Below are positions 1 through 11,822 of a stretch of 64,000 nt of DNA, one piece after another. The stretch comes from Stegostoma tigrinum (Eukaryota). The DNA lies in contig NC_081396.1 in assembly GCF_030684315.1 (NCBI RefSeq), forward strand, positions 5,084,001-5,148,000, written 5' to 3'. Position numbers and translations under genes: made by a program. Below the pieces are notes generated by a model, which was not told the origin of the DNA, did no database searches, and worked only from the letters and a program-made list of their open reading frames with translations. Positions within the stretch are counted from its first letter, which is position 1. Every line of letters starts with the position of its first letter.

Positions 1-620
1 AAGGTTTCATATACAAATTAAGTCCTTTCAAAATGCTCTTCTTCTCCCTTGTACCATCTGAACTTCCAGCACGAAGTGCAGGAGCTCATGGAGTTTCCTT
101 GTCTCAATGTTAGTGACAATCTAATCAGCTGCCTCTGTTGCATCATTCTCTCCCACTAGAAAACTCCCCTTTCTTGAGTCCCAAACCTACACCTTTTATT
201 CAGTTTCTCTCCCATCTTCCCATAATTTTCAGTTATTTGCTCAACCTGTACAGGGGACTGACCTCTTGCTCCCTCAAGTCCATTCCAAGTAAGTGGTCAC
301 ATAATCTTCATACATTTACTGATGTTTGTGGATTTTTTTTCTCATAAAATCCGTGCTCTCTCGCTGTCTCACAACTGTGCCATTACCACCTCTTGTGGAA
401 AAACATACCAATGCCTCAAATGTACAATACCACCCCGTTTCCAATGCTCACTTCTTCGTCTGTGTCCTTGAAAGTTTTTTTTTGTCACTTCCTGAACCCC
501 TTCTTGTCGTTCGTAGAATTCCACATTCCAATTCCTCTGTTCAGATTTCTGTCTGTGCCACTGTTGCACAGTTCATCTTCTATAAAATTCTTGTCATCTT
601 CAAGTTAAAAGTGTAAACCA
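1..620 (-). mobile_element. Possible heavily decayed LINE ORF1 relic (window-truncated)
   Basis: Minus-strand fragments CDHLLGMDLREQEVSPLYRLSK and KKSILKGLNLYMKP resemble the '..RLGK' and 'LKG..IYI.PDLT' motifs of LINE ORF1 RNA-binding domains. Many stops and frameshifts. Confidence 0.3.
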
Positions 621-2455
621 GTCTCAGGGAGTGTATAAACTAAGGATAGTTGTAATACTGACATCTTCCCAAATATATGGGAAAATTGCCCAGAAGTTGT
701 TTTTTCTTTCCTGTCCTGCAACGAAATGGGCCAAATCCAATCTAACCAGTTGCTGCCCCAACATTCAGGTGCCAATTATCAACAAACCGATGGGACGTGA
801 CACGGAAGTACTGTCAAGTAGTACTTACACAGCAGTCAGCTGTTACTAATTCCCACCTTGGGTTCTGCCAGGAAAGCCGTAGACTATAGAATGATATGGC
901 TGGGCTGGTCAGATGAGCTGAACAGTGGCAAATGGAATCTAAACCTGCAAAGCATTAGGTGATGAGATTTAAGAGGACTGACAAGGCAAGACAGTATACG
1001 ATAAATCATTTCAGCTGCTAGCCTTGAATTAGAAACATCTGCTTCCATGTTTTGCGGCAAACAGCTATAGGCCTCAGACAACGTTAGGCCAAAGTTATTG
1101 CTGTTGTCGTTAATATGAGCAATGTTTCACGAGACTAGTGCCGCCATTTTTAAGGGGACAATGTGCAGCAGGATACAAAATCCTGGAACTCAATTGATCA
1201 CAGCATTGTTTCTGTTCCTACTTTCCAATGATTATCGCAGTCCAAGAGGCACCTCACTGTCACATTCTGCAGGGCAACCAGCGATGGAACATAGAGACTC
1301 ACAAACACCATCCACATCATGTGAATGAATAAAATAAATTGTCTGACTTTGAAATTGTATTTGAGTTCAAGTGCACAGCTACCTCATATTTTTCAAACTG
1401 TAATTTGCAGTTAATGGTAACTTGAATTAATATAATTTTTAACAGAATAATTTTTGACTGCTGCTTTTATTGACACTAACAGAAACAACAGAAACATTAG
1501 TGGGTCAGGCAATATTTTTGGAAAGATCAAAAGTTGAGAAATAGGTCATGTGCTCCAAAGCTTCCTCTAGCCATTAGCTGGAAGAAGACTGGATCGTGAA
1601 AAGTGCAGAAAAGAAATTAAAGAACAGTGGCACTGGGCACAGAGAAAGCTGGTATGAGAAAATACTGAATTACTTATATTCCAAAATTTCCTTCATTTTT
1701 ACATCCAGTTGTACATTTTAATTGGAGGGTTCTCCCTGTCACTCTAGTCATCTTACAGTCTGCTGCTTTTGAGCCCAAACCCATCCCACCCGCCCCAAGA
1801 ATTTATGAATTTGATTTTGGACAGAATCACTGATGACTGAAAATGAAATCCTCATCCTACAATATTGTTTTTTAATTCACAGCGATGTGTAGATCTCCTG
1901 TGCTTTCAGTTCATTCTTAATGGCTCAATCTCAGATGCATTTCATTTCAGAAAGGTTTATGTTTAAAAGAATGATGTATATCAACAAAATGCTTTACTAA
2001 TGGATCTACTTCTTGTTTGTGAAGCTTTGAACACCCCTGTACTGTGGAAGTACAATGCAGACACTGCCTAGCAAAAGCATTTTCTGTTCTTCTGTTCTAA
2101 TCTTTTCCATGTGCCCATTTTACTGAAAATTAATCGCACCAGACTCAGCGTTAACTTTGTTTCTCTCTCCACAAATGTGGCCAAACCTACTAGGTTTTTC
2201 CAGCACTCACTGTGTTCTTAATTTCATTAGTGTTAGCCCTAACAATTTTTAACTTCATAGTTTAATCACCTTATCAACGAGAGAGACAGATTTGGGCACC
2301 TTAAAGATCAACAAGGTTGTCTTTGCGTTGAACTTCAGGTGGTAGGAGAGATATGAAATGAATATTTCGTGTCAGTTTTTTTCCTGTGGAGAAAGAAATG
2401 GAGGCTAGAGAACTCAGGGAATTACATACTGATGTTTTGAAAATAATTTATATTT

Positions 2456-4030
2456 GCAGAAGAGGAAGTGATGGAGGTCTTAGAAAACATAACGGTGGAT
2501 AAATCTCCAGGACCCGAACAAGTATATCTTATTAAATTGTGAGAAGCTAGGGAGGAAATTGTGAGGACCCTAACAGGAACACTTGTGTCATCCACAGCCG
2601 TGGGTGAGGTGATGGAGGCGTGGAAGATGGCTAATATTGTTCTTTATTTAAGAAAGGCTGCCAGGAGAAGCCTGGGAACAATAGACCAGTGAATCTGACA
2701 TGGGTGGAGGGTAAGTTGTCAGAGGTGATTCTGAAAGATAGGATGAACTTGCGTTTGGAGAGGCAAGAAATGATTAGGCATTGTTAGCATGGCTTTGTGC
2801 AAGGGAAATCATGTCACACAAACTTATTGAGGTTTTTGAGTAAGTAGCCAAAAAGATTTGAGGGCAGAGCAGTAGACATCGTTTAATTGGACTTTAGTAA
2901 AACCTTGGATAAAGTTCCTCATGGTAGACTAATTAGTGGAGTTAGGTCACATGGGATTCAGGGTGAGCTTGCTAAATGGATACAAAATTGGCTTGACTGT
3001 AGGAGACAGACTGGTGGTGGAGGCTTGTTTTTCAGCCTGGAGGCCTGTGACCAGCAGTCTTCCACAGGGATTGGTACTGAGTCCATTTTGCTCTGTCTTT
3101 GATATAAATGATTTGGGTGAGAATATTGGAGACATGGTGAGAGAGTTTGCAGATGACACCAAAATTGGTGGTATAGTAGACAGTGAAGAAGATTATCTAA
3201 GATTACAAAGAGATCTTGATTAAGTAGGTCAATGTGCAAAAAAAAAGTGGCAGATGGAGTTTAATTTGGATAAATGAGAGGTGTTGCATTTTGGTAAAAC
3301 AAACAGGCAGGACTCATACAATTAACGGTGGAGCAGTGAGTAATGTTGTGGAACAGAGACACCTAGGGCTTCAGGTACATAATTCTTTGAAACCTTCGTC
3401 ACAGACAGAGTGGTGAAGAAGGCATTTAGCGTGCTTGTCTTCGTTGCTCAGACCTTTGAGTTTCAGAGTTGGAATGTCGTGTTGAGATTGTACAGGACAT
3501 TGATGTTGCTGTTCTGGAGTAGTGTGTGCAGTTCTGGTCACCTTGTGAAAGGAAGGATGTTATTAAACTGATGGTTCAGAGAAGATTTACCATGATGTGC
3601 CTGGAATGGATGTGCTGGGACATTTTTCACTGAAGTTTAGGAGGTTGAGGCAGACCTTTATAGAGGTTTATAAAATCATAAGGGGCATAAGTAAGGCAAA
3701 TAGCAAAGATCTTTTCCTTGCATGGAGGAGTTCAAAACTAGGCAGCATATTTTTAAGGTGAGAGGAGAAAGATTTTAAAAAGACATGAGGGGCAATTTCT
3801 TTCTGCAGAGAGTGGTTAGTGTGTAACATGAACTGCCAGAGGAAGTAGTGGATGCAGGTCGAATGACAATGTTAAAAGGATATTTGGATAAGTTCATGAA
3901 TAGGAAAGGCTTGGAGGGATATAGGCCAAATGCAGGCAGGTGGGACTAGTTTAATTCGGGAATAATGGTTGGCATGGACCCATTGGACTGATGGGTCTGT
4001 TTTCATGCTGTATGACTCTGTAACTCTCAA
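2456..4030 (+). mobile_element. 5'-truncated CR1/HER1-type LINE (RT and 3' UTR), degenerate
   Basis: Fragments DFSKTLDKVPHGRL, PQGLVLSP and FADDTKIGG (RT core). Ends in a tatgactctg-like tail. Confidence 0.9.
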
Positions 4031-4149
4031 AATTAGTGAGTAATCAGACAAGGTATTGACTAGAATCTCCCTTCTCTCTCCTGTTCATTTCATCTGCTTG
4101 TTATCCTTTACTTGTGAATTCTTTAGTCCTTCCAATTTAGGAAACCCTT

Positions 4150-5170
4150 TGCTTTTAGGAATCATCCTTTCACTTCTCTGTGTTTAATTTCACTGGTTAG
4201 GTTGCCATCCCATTCAAATTATTGAATGATGATGGATGAACAAGACTTGGAGGGCGTCTGCACAGGAGCAGTGGGGTTTTGGATGATCTGGAGACTACAG
4301 GTAGGTTGAAAGTGGGAGGCTGACTGAGAGCGTGTTAGGATAGTTATGCACAGAGTCAACAAAGGAAAAGTCAGCATTCCCAGTTGGGAGAAACCCAAAC
4401 ACATAAAGGACAATGCAATAAGCTTGAATGCTATCCCATCCAGCAGCTTCAACATTCAGTCCCTTCACAGTGAATCGCAGAATGTACCACCTACGGGATT
4501 TACAACAATACATCAAAAATGTTTCTTTGACAGCACCTTCCATACTCATAACTTCTCCCATTGATTAGGACAAGTGCATGGAATCACTAATGACTACCTC
4601 TCATCCCAAGTCACACACTACCTTGACTTGGAACCATATTTTTTGTTATTACCCACTTGTGGGATGTAGGTAATGCCTGGCCCAAGCGCTGCTTGCTAAG
4701 ACATTTCAGGTGGCAATTGAGAGTCACCCATTTTGTTCTTGGTCGAAAGTCACGTATAAGCAAGACCAGGTGAAGACAGAAGTTTCCTTTGCTGAAGCTG
4801 GGATTTTACGACACTCAGCAATAGTTTAATGGTCATTTGTAGATGTTCATTTCCAAATTTTCTTAAATTGATTTCAAATTTCACTCTCTGCTGTGGTGGG
4901 ATTTGAGTCCAGGTCCCCTGGAGTTACTGGATTAATAATATAGCAATAGTACCGGTCAGCCATCACCTCCCCTTTGCCATTATATATGGCAATTAACTCA
5001 CTGTCAGGGGGATAAAATGCCAAAACACCCCTCCTGAATGCATTGTGGGGGTACCTACATCATGTCCAATGCAACATTCCAAGAAGCAGCATATCATCAT
5101 CTTCTTCAGGACAAGTAAAGATAGTCAATAAATATTAATGTATGCAGCAGACCAGATGCCATGAATGAAG
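4150..5170. mobile_element. Old LINE 3' fragment with nested SINE/LINE-tail pieces
   Basis: catccagcagcttcaacattca...caagaagcagc matches the similar fragment at about 55670-56000. An opposite-orientation insert lies at about 4650-4975. Confidence 0.5.
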
Positions 5171-5314
5171 AGCACTTGGCAGTTTTCTGATATGTGGCAT
5201 GCTTGTAGAAGCTTGGAAAATTCTCTTTGGAGCTTAGAAAGTTATCATTTTGTCCACATATAAATTTATTTCCAGAAGAATTCACCTGCAGAGACGGAGA
5301 AATTACTTGCAACA

Positions 5315-5420
5315 ACAAAAACAGAAGTTGCTAAAAGAGCTTAGCAGGTCTGGCAAGATCTGTGAAGAAAAAAATTAATAAGAGTTAACATTTTGGGTCT
5401 AGTGACCCTTCCTCAGAATT
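5315..5420 (-). mobile_element. Penelope-like terminal-repeat fragment (family 2) with degenerate hammerhead core
   Basis: Reverse complement reads ttCTGAGGAagggtcactagacccAAAAtgttaactct. Related copies lie at about 2145, 5640, 10490, 56310 and 62648. Confidence 0.55.
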
Positions 5421-6189
5421 GATTCTGAGAAACCAGAATGTTCGGCAACCACAATTCAGCTTTCAGATAATTCACATATAACATAGGGTGAAGATGTGGA
5501 GATTATTTTACTCAACGAGTTCTCGGGATCTGGAACAGACTGAATGAGAAGTGTAAGCGGATTCAACTGTCATTCTTAATACTGATTTGGAATGTAACTT
5601 AATAAGGAATGGTTTGGAGGTTACATTGTACAAAGAACTGAAGTGCTGGACATCTGAAACAATCAAATTACTCGAGCAACTTTGCAGGTCTTGTCACATC
5701 TGTGATTTGACAAGAAAGACAATGTTTCGAATACAGTGACCGTTCGTCCAATCTGAAAGCAGCTCTGAAACAATTTCACTGCTTTCAATATTAGAGTCTC
5801 ATAGTGGAACTTGCAACCTAAAAGATATCAGAAGCATCAGAAACAGAGGATCCAATTTGACACATTAGCCGATATTCCATGCGTTTTTACTTTTGACCAG
5901 TATGCCATGTGGGATCTTGTCAAATGCCTAAATACTCAATTCCGCAAAGAATTCAATCAAATTTGTTAAGCACAGCCTTCCTTTAACAAAGTAACACTGA
6001 CTTTCTAAAACTAGTATGTACGTTTTTAAGTGACAGTTCATCTGATTTTCCGGGAGTCATCTTTTCAATTTGCCCATCACCGAGGTAAGATTGACTAACC
6101 TAAAGCTGTTTGGCATTTCCTTTGTACCCTTTTAAATAACAAAACCATATAGGGATTCCTTGAGCCCTCCATCACCTCACCTGTGTCTA

Positions 6190-7440
6190 GAGTCATAGAG
6201 CTGTATAGCATAGAAACTGACCCTTTAAGTCCAACTTGTCCATGCTGACTAGATATCCTACATTGATCTAGTCCCTTTTGCCAGCATTTGGCCCATATCG
6301 CTTAAAACCCTTCCTATTCATATGCCCATCCAGATGCCTATTAAATGTTGATATTCTACCAGACTCCACCACTTCCTCTGACTGTTCATTCCATATATGC
6401 TTCACCCTCTGCATAAAAAAGTTGATCCTTAGGTCTCTTTTTAATCTTTACCCTCTCACCTTAAACTTATGCCCTTTAGTTTTGGATTCTGCTACACAAG
6501 GAAAAGACTTTCACTGTTCACCTGATCAATGCCCCTCATAATTTTATAATGGTCACCCTTCAGCCTCCGATATTCTGGGGAAAATAGCTGCAGCCTATTC
6601 TGCCTACAGCTCAAACCCTCCAAAACTGGCAAAATCTTTGTAAATCTTTTCTGAACACTTTCAAGTTTCACGGCATTCTTCCCATAGCAGGAAGGCCAGA
6701 ACTGAAGGCAGTATTCCAAAAGTGCCGAACCAATGTCCTGTACATGACAAAGAAACAAAGAAACCTACAGCACAGGAACAGGCCCTTCGGCCCTCCAAGC
6801 CTGCACCGATCAAGATCCTCCGTCTAAACTGTCATCTATTTTCTAATGGTCTGTGTCCATTTGCTCCCTGCCCATCCATGTACCTGTCCAAATATATCTT
6901 AAAAGACGCTAACGTGTCTGCGTCTACCACCTCTGCTGGCAACGCGTTCCAAGCGCCCACCACCCTCTGTGTAAAGAACTTTCCACGCATATCTCCCTTA
7001 AACTTTCCTACTCTCACTTTGACCTTCCAACTCCTATACTCAATGCACTTACCAGTAAAGGCAAGCATACCAAACCTTCTTCATTAACCTGTCTACTTGT
7101 GACTCTATCATCAAAGAACTGTGGACCTGCACTTCAAGGTACTTTGCCATCACTCCCCCGGAAATTAACATCATGTATATGAGTCCTGCCCTATTTTCCT
7201 TGTCAAAATGCAGAACTGCACATTTATCTAAATTAACCTCCATCTACCACTCCTCAGCTCACCTATCCATCTGATCAAGGTGCAGTTGGACTGTGAGGTA
7301 ACTTTCTTCACTGTCCATTACACAGCAAATTTGGTGTCATGTGCAAACCATGTTCATATCCAAAACATTTATATAAATGTAAAAAAAACAGTACGCCCAG
7401 CACCGGTCCTTATGACACAGCACTGATAACAGGCTTCCAG
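6190..7440 (-). mobile_element. CR1-type LINE 3' portion, interrupted by a younger CR1 3' end
   Basis: Minus-strand LEYCLQFWPS..KLESVQKRFTKILP and EVNLDKCAVLHF. Confidence 0.85.
6748..7022 (-). mobile_element. Young CR1 3'-end insertion, same family as 34671-38216
   Basis: Nearly identical reverse complement of about 37940-38216, including GDMRGKFFTQRVVGAWN...GANGHRPLENR and the (TTTCTTTG)2 tail. Confidence 0.9.
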
Positions 7441-7869
7441 TGTTTTGAAGATTGGAAAATAATCCTCATAAAATCTGCTATTTCCTCCTTGACCTCCCTA
7501 AAGATCCTAGGGAACAATTCATCTGGCCATTGTGACTTATTCACTTTCAATAATTCCAGCTCCTTTAATACTTCCTCTCTCATTATGATTATTTTGTCTA
7601 ATATTTCGCACTGCTCCTCTCAGCTGACTATATCCACATCATCCTTTTCTTTTGCGAACCCTGCAGTGACAGTGTCTAAACCAAACAGTGCCAACAGACT
7701 GTGTGTTGCTCTGCAAAAAGGGGAGGGAGGGAATATCACCCACTTGCCATTATGAACAAATTGTTAAGTAGTTGTAAACACGTAACATCTCTGAATTTGA
7801 CTTAAAACACGGATGAAGCTGCTGGAGCATACTCCTGATTCTTGGACAGTGATAAACTTTGTACTTCAT

Positions 7870-8620
7870 TGTGAACTTCATCAAAACAAGAGATTGCTGT
7901 TTGTTTGCATCAAGAATAATGTTTCTTCATGAAGAAGACAAAACTTGCACGTAGACTCCAGGTGTGGCTTCACAAAACCCTGCACAGCAACTGTAAGGTC
8001 TCTTGTCCTGAAACCCTCTTGCAATGAAGGACAAAGTTCCATTTGCCTTCCTAACTGCTCACTGCACCTACATGCTTTTTGCTTTGAATATCTGGTGTCC
8101 ACACGTACCCAGATTCCTTTGTACATCAACGGTTCCAAATCTACCATTATATAAATAATACATTGCCATTGTGAATTTTCTACCAAAATGGATAACTTCA
8201 CAATGATACAGCATCTGTCATGTATTTGTCACTCACTCACATTGACTGAATCACTCTGAAGACTTTTTATTTATTTATTAGATTAGATTAGATTAGATTC
8301 CCTACAGTGTGGAAACAGGCCCTTCAGCCCAACAAGTCCACACCGCCCCTTGAAGCATCCCACCCAGAACCATCCTGCTATAACCCAGTTTGTGTACTAC
8401 TCACTGACAATCCCCATAGTTTTGTGTCAACAAACTTGGAAATATTACATTGGATTCCCTCATCCAAATCAGTGATGTATGCTTTGAATAGGTGGGGTCC
8501 AAAGACATCCTTGCAGCGCCATACTTGTCAAAGCCTCATACTCTTGAAAAATATTCATTTATTTCTCCCGTGTGTTTCCTGTCTGCTAATGCTTCAGTAT
8601 ATTTTTTAAACATGATTTCA
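7870..8620 (-). mobile_element. Degenerate CR1 fragment with an inserted HE1-type SINE 3' end (8270-8388)
   Basis: VKPHLE motif. The SINE tail is (GATTA)n followed by ccctacagtgtggaaacaggcccttcagcccaacaagtccacaccgcc. Confidence 0.7.
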
Positions 8621-9039
8621 CCCATCTTAAATTGACAGACTGCAGAGAATATCCTTTGACTTACACAGGTCCCTTCACACTGGGCAGTCAAAAATCACAG
8701 CCATGCTCCATGGCAGCACTTTCTCCAGGATACGTGAAACAAGTAATCAATGCTGATCCAGGCAGCATTGTTCACACCCCAAGAATAAATCCATATAATA
8801 TAAAAAACTAAAGCTCCCTGTTCAGCCATGCATTTTTAAAACTCCCATCCTTGTTTTCAAATTCCTCTATCGTCTTTTCTCTCTATTTCTACGTGCTTCA
8901 TATCTCTCCCCACAGGCAGAACAGAGAAATCTCAATTCTTCCCAGTCAAAGACTGAACATACTCACTTTCTGTTTCATTAAATAACTCTTTCAGTACTTG
9001 GTCCAGTTCTTCTTTCTAAAGAAAATTCACAAATCCTGT

Positions 9040-9722
9040 ACTGTATTGCATACAGTTCTGGTCACCACAGAAGGATGTGGAAGCTTTGGAAAGGGAACAG
9101 AAAACGTTTACCAGGATGTTGCCAGGCATGGGGGCATCTAGCGTTGAAGAAAGGTTAGGTAGACTGGGTTTGTTCCCACTGGGGCACAGAAGGTTGAGGG
9201 GAAATCTGATAAAAAGTTTATAAGATTATGAATTGCATTGATAGAGTCGAAATATATATGAGTTTTTTAAAAGGTGGTACAATCAATAATGAACGGACAC
9301 AAGATCAAGGTGTGAATGGAGAAGTTTAAAAGACATGCAAAATTGCAAGTAGTGTTCAGGGATGTGCAGCTTATGTGAGTTATTGGGGGATGGCTCTGGG
9401 TGGAATACGCTGAGGGTCAGCGTGGATTTGTTGGGCCAAAGGGCCTGTTTGTACGTTGCAGGGATTTTATGATTCATGATTCAAACATGTGTGAGGCAGG
9501 TTTTTGAAACAAAGGGCAAAGGGTGGTGAGTGCCAGCAGCGCACTGCCAGAGGAGGCGGTGTAAGCAGATGCAATAGCAGCATTCAGGAAGTGCCGGGAT
9601 GAAAACATGAATAGGAAGGGAATAGAGGGATATGGATCCTGACCGTTTTGGTATGGAAGGGCAAAAGATGTCGTTGCAGGCCTTATGGGTCTAAGGACCT
9701 GTTCCTGTGTTGTATTGTTCTT
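9040..9722 (+). mobile_element. CR1 3' fragment with a nested HE1 SINE 3' half (about 9345-9485)
   Basis: cagttctggtcacc...aaggatgtggaagctttggaaaggg is the typical CR1 ORF2 C-terminus. The SINE core is gtagtgttcagggatgtgcag...ttgttgggccaaagggcc. Confidence 0.8.
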
Positions 9723-9779
9723 TGTTATATAACCTGGAAGAAAATAAAAGGAAGAGGTTTTCGAAACTGTTCTCCATTC

Positions 9780-10070
9780 CCCAATACCTCACTTGGTTGG
9801 CAGCGCAAGCGCGGTGTGGCTGACGGCAGTGGACGGGGCTCAAGAAGTCTCTTTTCGGAGCAGCAGCCTCTGGAGAAAGGCAGCTCCCTGAGCGGCTTCT
9901 CACTCTGGCTCCAGCCGGCCGCCAGTTGCTCTGGAAATCTTGACTCCATGAGGGGGAGGGGGGAAAACGGGCTCCATTCCCCGCACACTTGGCTTGCAGC
10001 CTGGAACCCCTGGACGCCAACGACGAGCTCAGTGATCCCTACCTGCTGCTTCAGGCAAGGCCCATTCCAG
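9780..10070. promoter_or_regulatory. Small CpG-enriched island, candidate promoter or first exon
   Basis: Locally GC/CpG rich. NRF1-like GCGCAAGCGC at 9803-9812 (identical motif at 19072-19081). Minus-strand donor GAG|GTATTG near 9787. Confidence 0.35.
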
Positions 10071-10489
10071 TTTGGTTCAAAGTGAGACTCCCTCCTCTGT
10101 GCAACATCTGGAGCAAAACGATGTTTCCCCCTTTCCATTTTTTTTCTCATGCTGGGAATACTGTTCACTTTCAGCAAGTGAAGGGAGAGGAACTGATTCC
10201 AGGGTCGGAGGACTCTCCGGAAATGATATGTCTCTTAAATTTATTACCATTGTTTGTTGTCTCAGCTTCGCACATTTATTTGCCTGCCTAACAGGGTGGC
10301 ATCTTTCCTTCTGACAGGATTTCTATGAGGGCTGGTCAGGAGTTAAGCGGCAGTAAATTAGAAATAATGCACTACATATAAAACAGATATGATGCCCTTA
10401 TAGATACATAACACATTTAGGGTGGGAGCCAGCATAAAGATTTTCAGGACTGTGTGTCCTGGACATCAAGTCCTGAGCAGTTAAACTAA

Positions 10490-10612
10490 AAGAACTGCGG
10501 ATGCTGGAAATCAGAACAAAAAGAAATTTTGAGAAAAGCTCAGCAGGTCTGGCTGCATCTGTGGAGAGAAATCAGAGTTAACATTTCGGATCCAGTGACC
10601 TTTCTTCAGAAC
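10490..10612 (-). mobile_element. Penelope-like terminal fragment (family 2) with hammerhead-like core
   Basis: Reverse complement reads ttCTGAAGAaaggtcactggatccGAAAtgttaactctg...gatgcagccagacctgctgagc. Confidence 0.6.
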
Positions 10613-10719
10613 TGGGTACTGAGCAGAGATCTGTTGACTAACATGAATTTTTGCCTTCTAGGGAATGAGTGTGAGGGGGAAGGCAGGTTTTGTGGGAATG
10701 TGACTGCCAGCATTTGGAA

Positions 10720-11210
10720 TTAATCAAGGTTTAAGCAAGGGGATTGAACAAGAACAGTCAGCATGCATTTTTTCAAGGGGAGTTCATATCTGACCAACTT
10801 AATTTAGTTTCTCGGAGGTGTCCAGTTGTGCAAATGAGGGCAATACTTTTAATATAGCCTTGTTGGATATCGGCAAGGCATTTAGTCAGGTCCTGTATAG
10901 GAGACCGATAACAAAGGTAAGGACCCACGGATTTCATTGAAATTTGGCAAATTGTATCCACACTTCTCTGCATGGCAGGAAGCAGCAGGTGATAGTTGAG
11001 GACATTTTTTCCGATTGGAAGTCTGTTCCAGTGGGGTCCCATAGTGGTCAGTGTTGAACCCTTGTTGTTTATGATTTATATAAATTATTTAGATTTGAAT
11101 GTAGAATGGTTGATCGGTTACTTTGCAGATGATACAAAGTAAGTAGTGAGGAGGATAGCCTTGGCTTTCCACATACTAACAGGTGGGTCAGATGGGCTGA
11201 TCAGTGAGAA
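10720..11210 (+). mobile_element. Degenerate CR1 RT fragment
   Basis: cagcatgcattt...ttggatatcggcaaggcattt...tttgcagatgatacaaag (FADDTK). Confidence 0.7.
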
Positions 11211-11711
11211 GCAACATATTTGTCATTGCTTTCGGCTGTTAATGAAAAGATTAGTGGTTAATTGACAGGCCAGGAAAGGAAGCCGATTTCTTTTTCCCAT
11301 CAGCGTACTCTGTGAGACAGTTCTAGATTGTCAATGGGGATTTTGTCTGCAAAACAATTTTGCCTAAAAGTTGCTCACTCCACAGTTAACCTTGTGACTC
11401 CCAAACAGGCAGCTTCCAATGCTTCTGAATTAATTCTGTCCCTCTGAATTTCGTTCAATAGTATCCCCACCATCAAGGTGAAACTGACTGGCTTCGTATC
11501 CTGATTTATCCCTTGCTCCCTTCCCAATTAAAAGCTCCAGTTTGACTATTCTCCAGTCCTCTCGCACCTTTCTTGTGGTCAGAGGGGAATTGAAAAAATT
11601 TGCAAGCATTCCTGTTCACTGGTACCAACAATGTAGAATATACTTCACCTGCCTTTGGAGGTTTAGTTGCATTTAAGCCAGTCAGTGGACTCAAAACTTT
11701 CTTGCTGTCTA

Positions 11712-11822
11712 CCAAAATGTTAACTTTCCTGCTCCTATGATGCTGCATGGCCTGCTGTGTTCATCCAGCTCTACACCTTGTTACCTCAGATTCTCCAGCA
11801 TCTGCAGTTCCGACTATCTCTG
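11712..11822 (+). mobile_element. Penelope-like terminal-repeat fragment (family 1)
   Basis: gatgctgcatggcctgctgtgttcatccagctctacaccttgtta...ctccagcatctgcagttcc is shared with the copies at 24.4, 32.1, 51.1 and 62.1 kb. Confidence 0.75.

Noticed and set aside
9648-10314. Overlapping 100-150 aa ORFs
   Set aside because: No recognisable domain. They are explained by high GC content.
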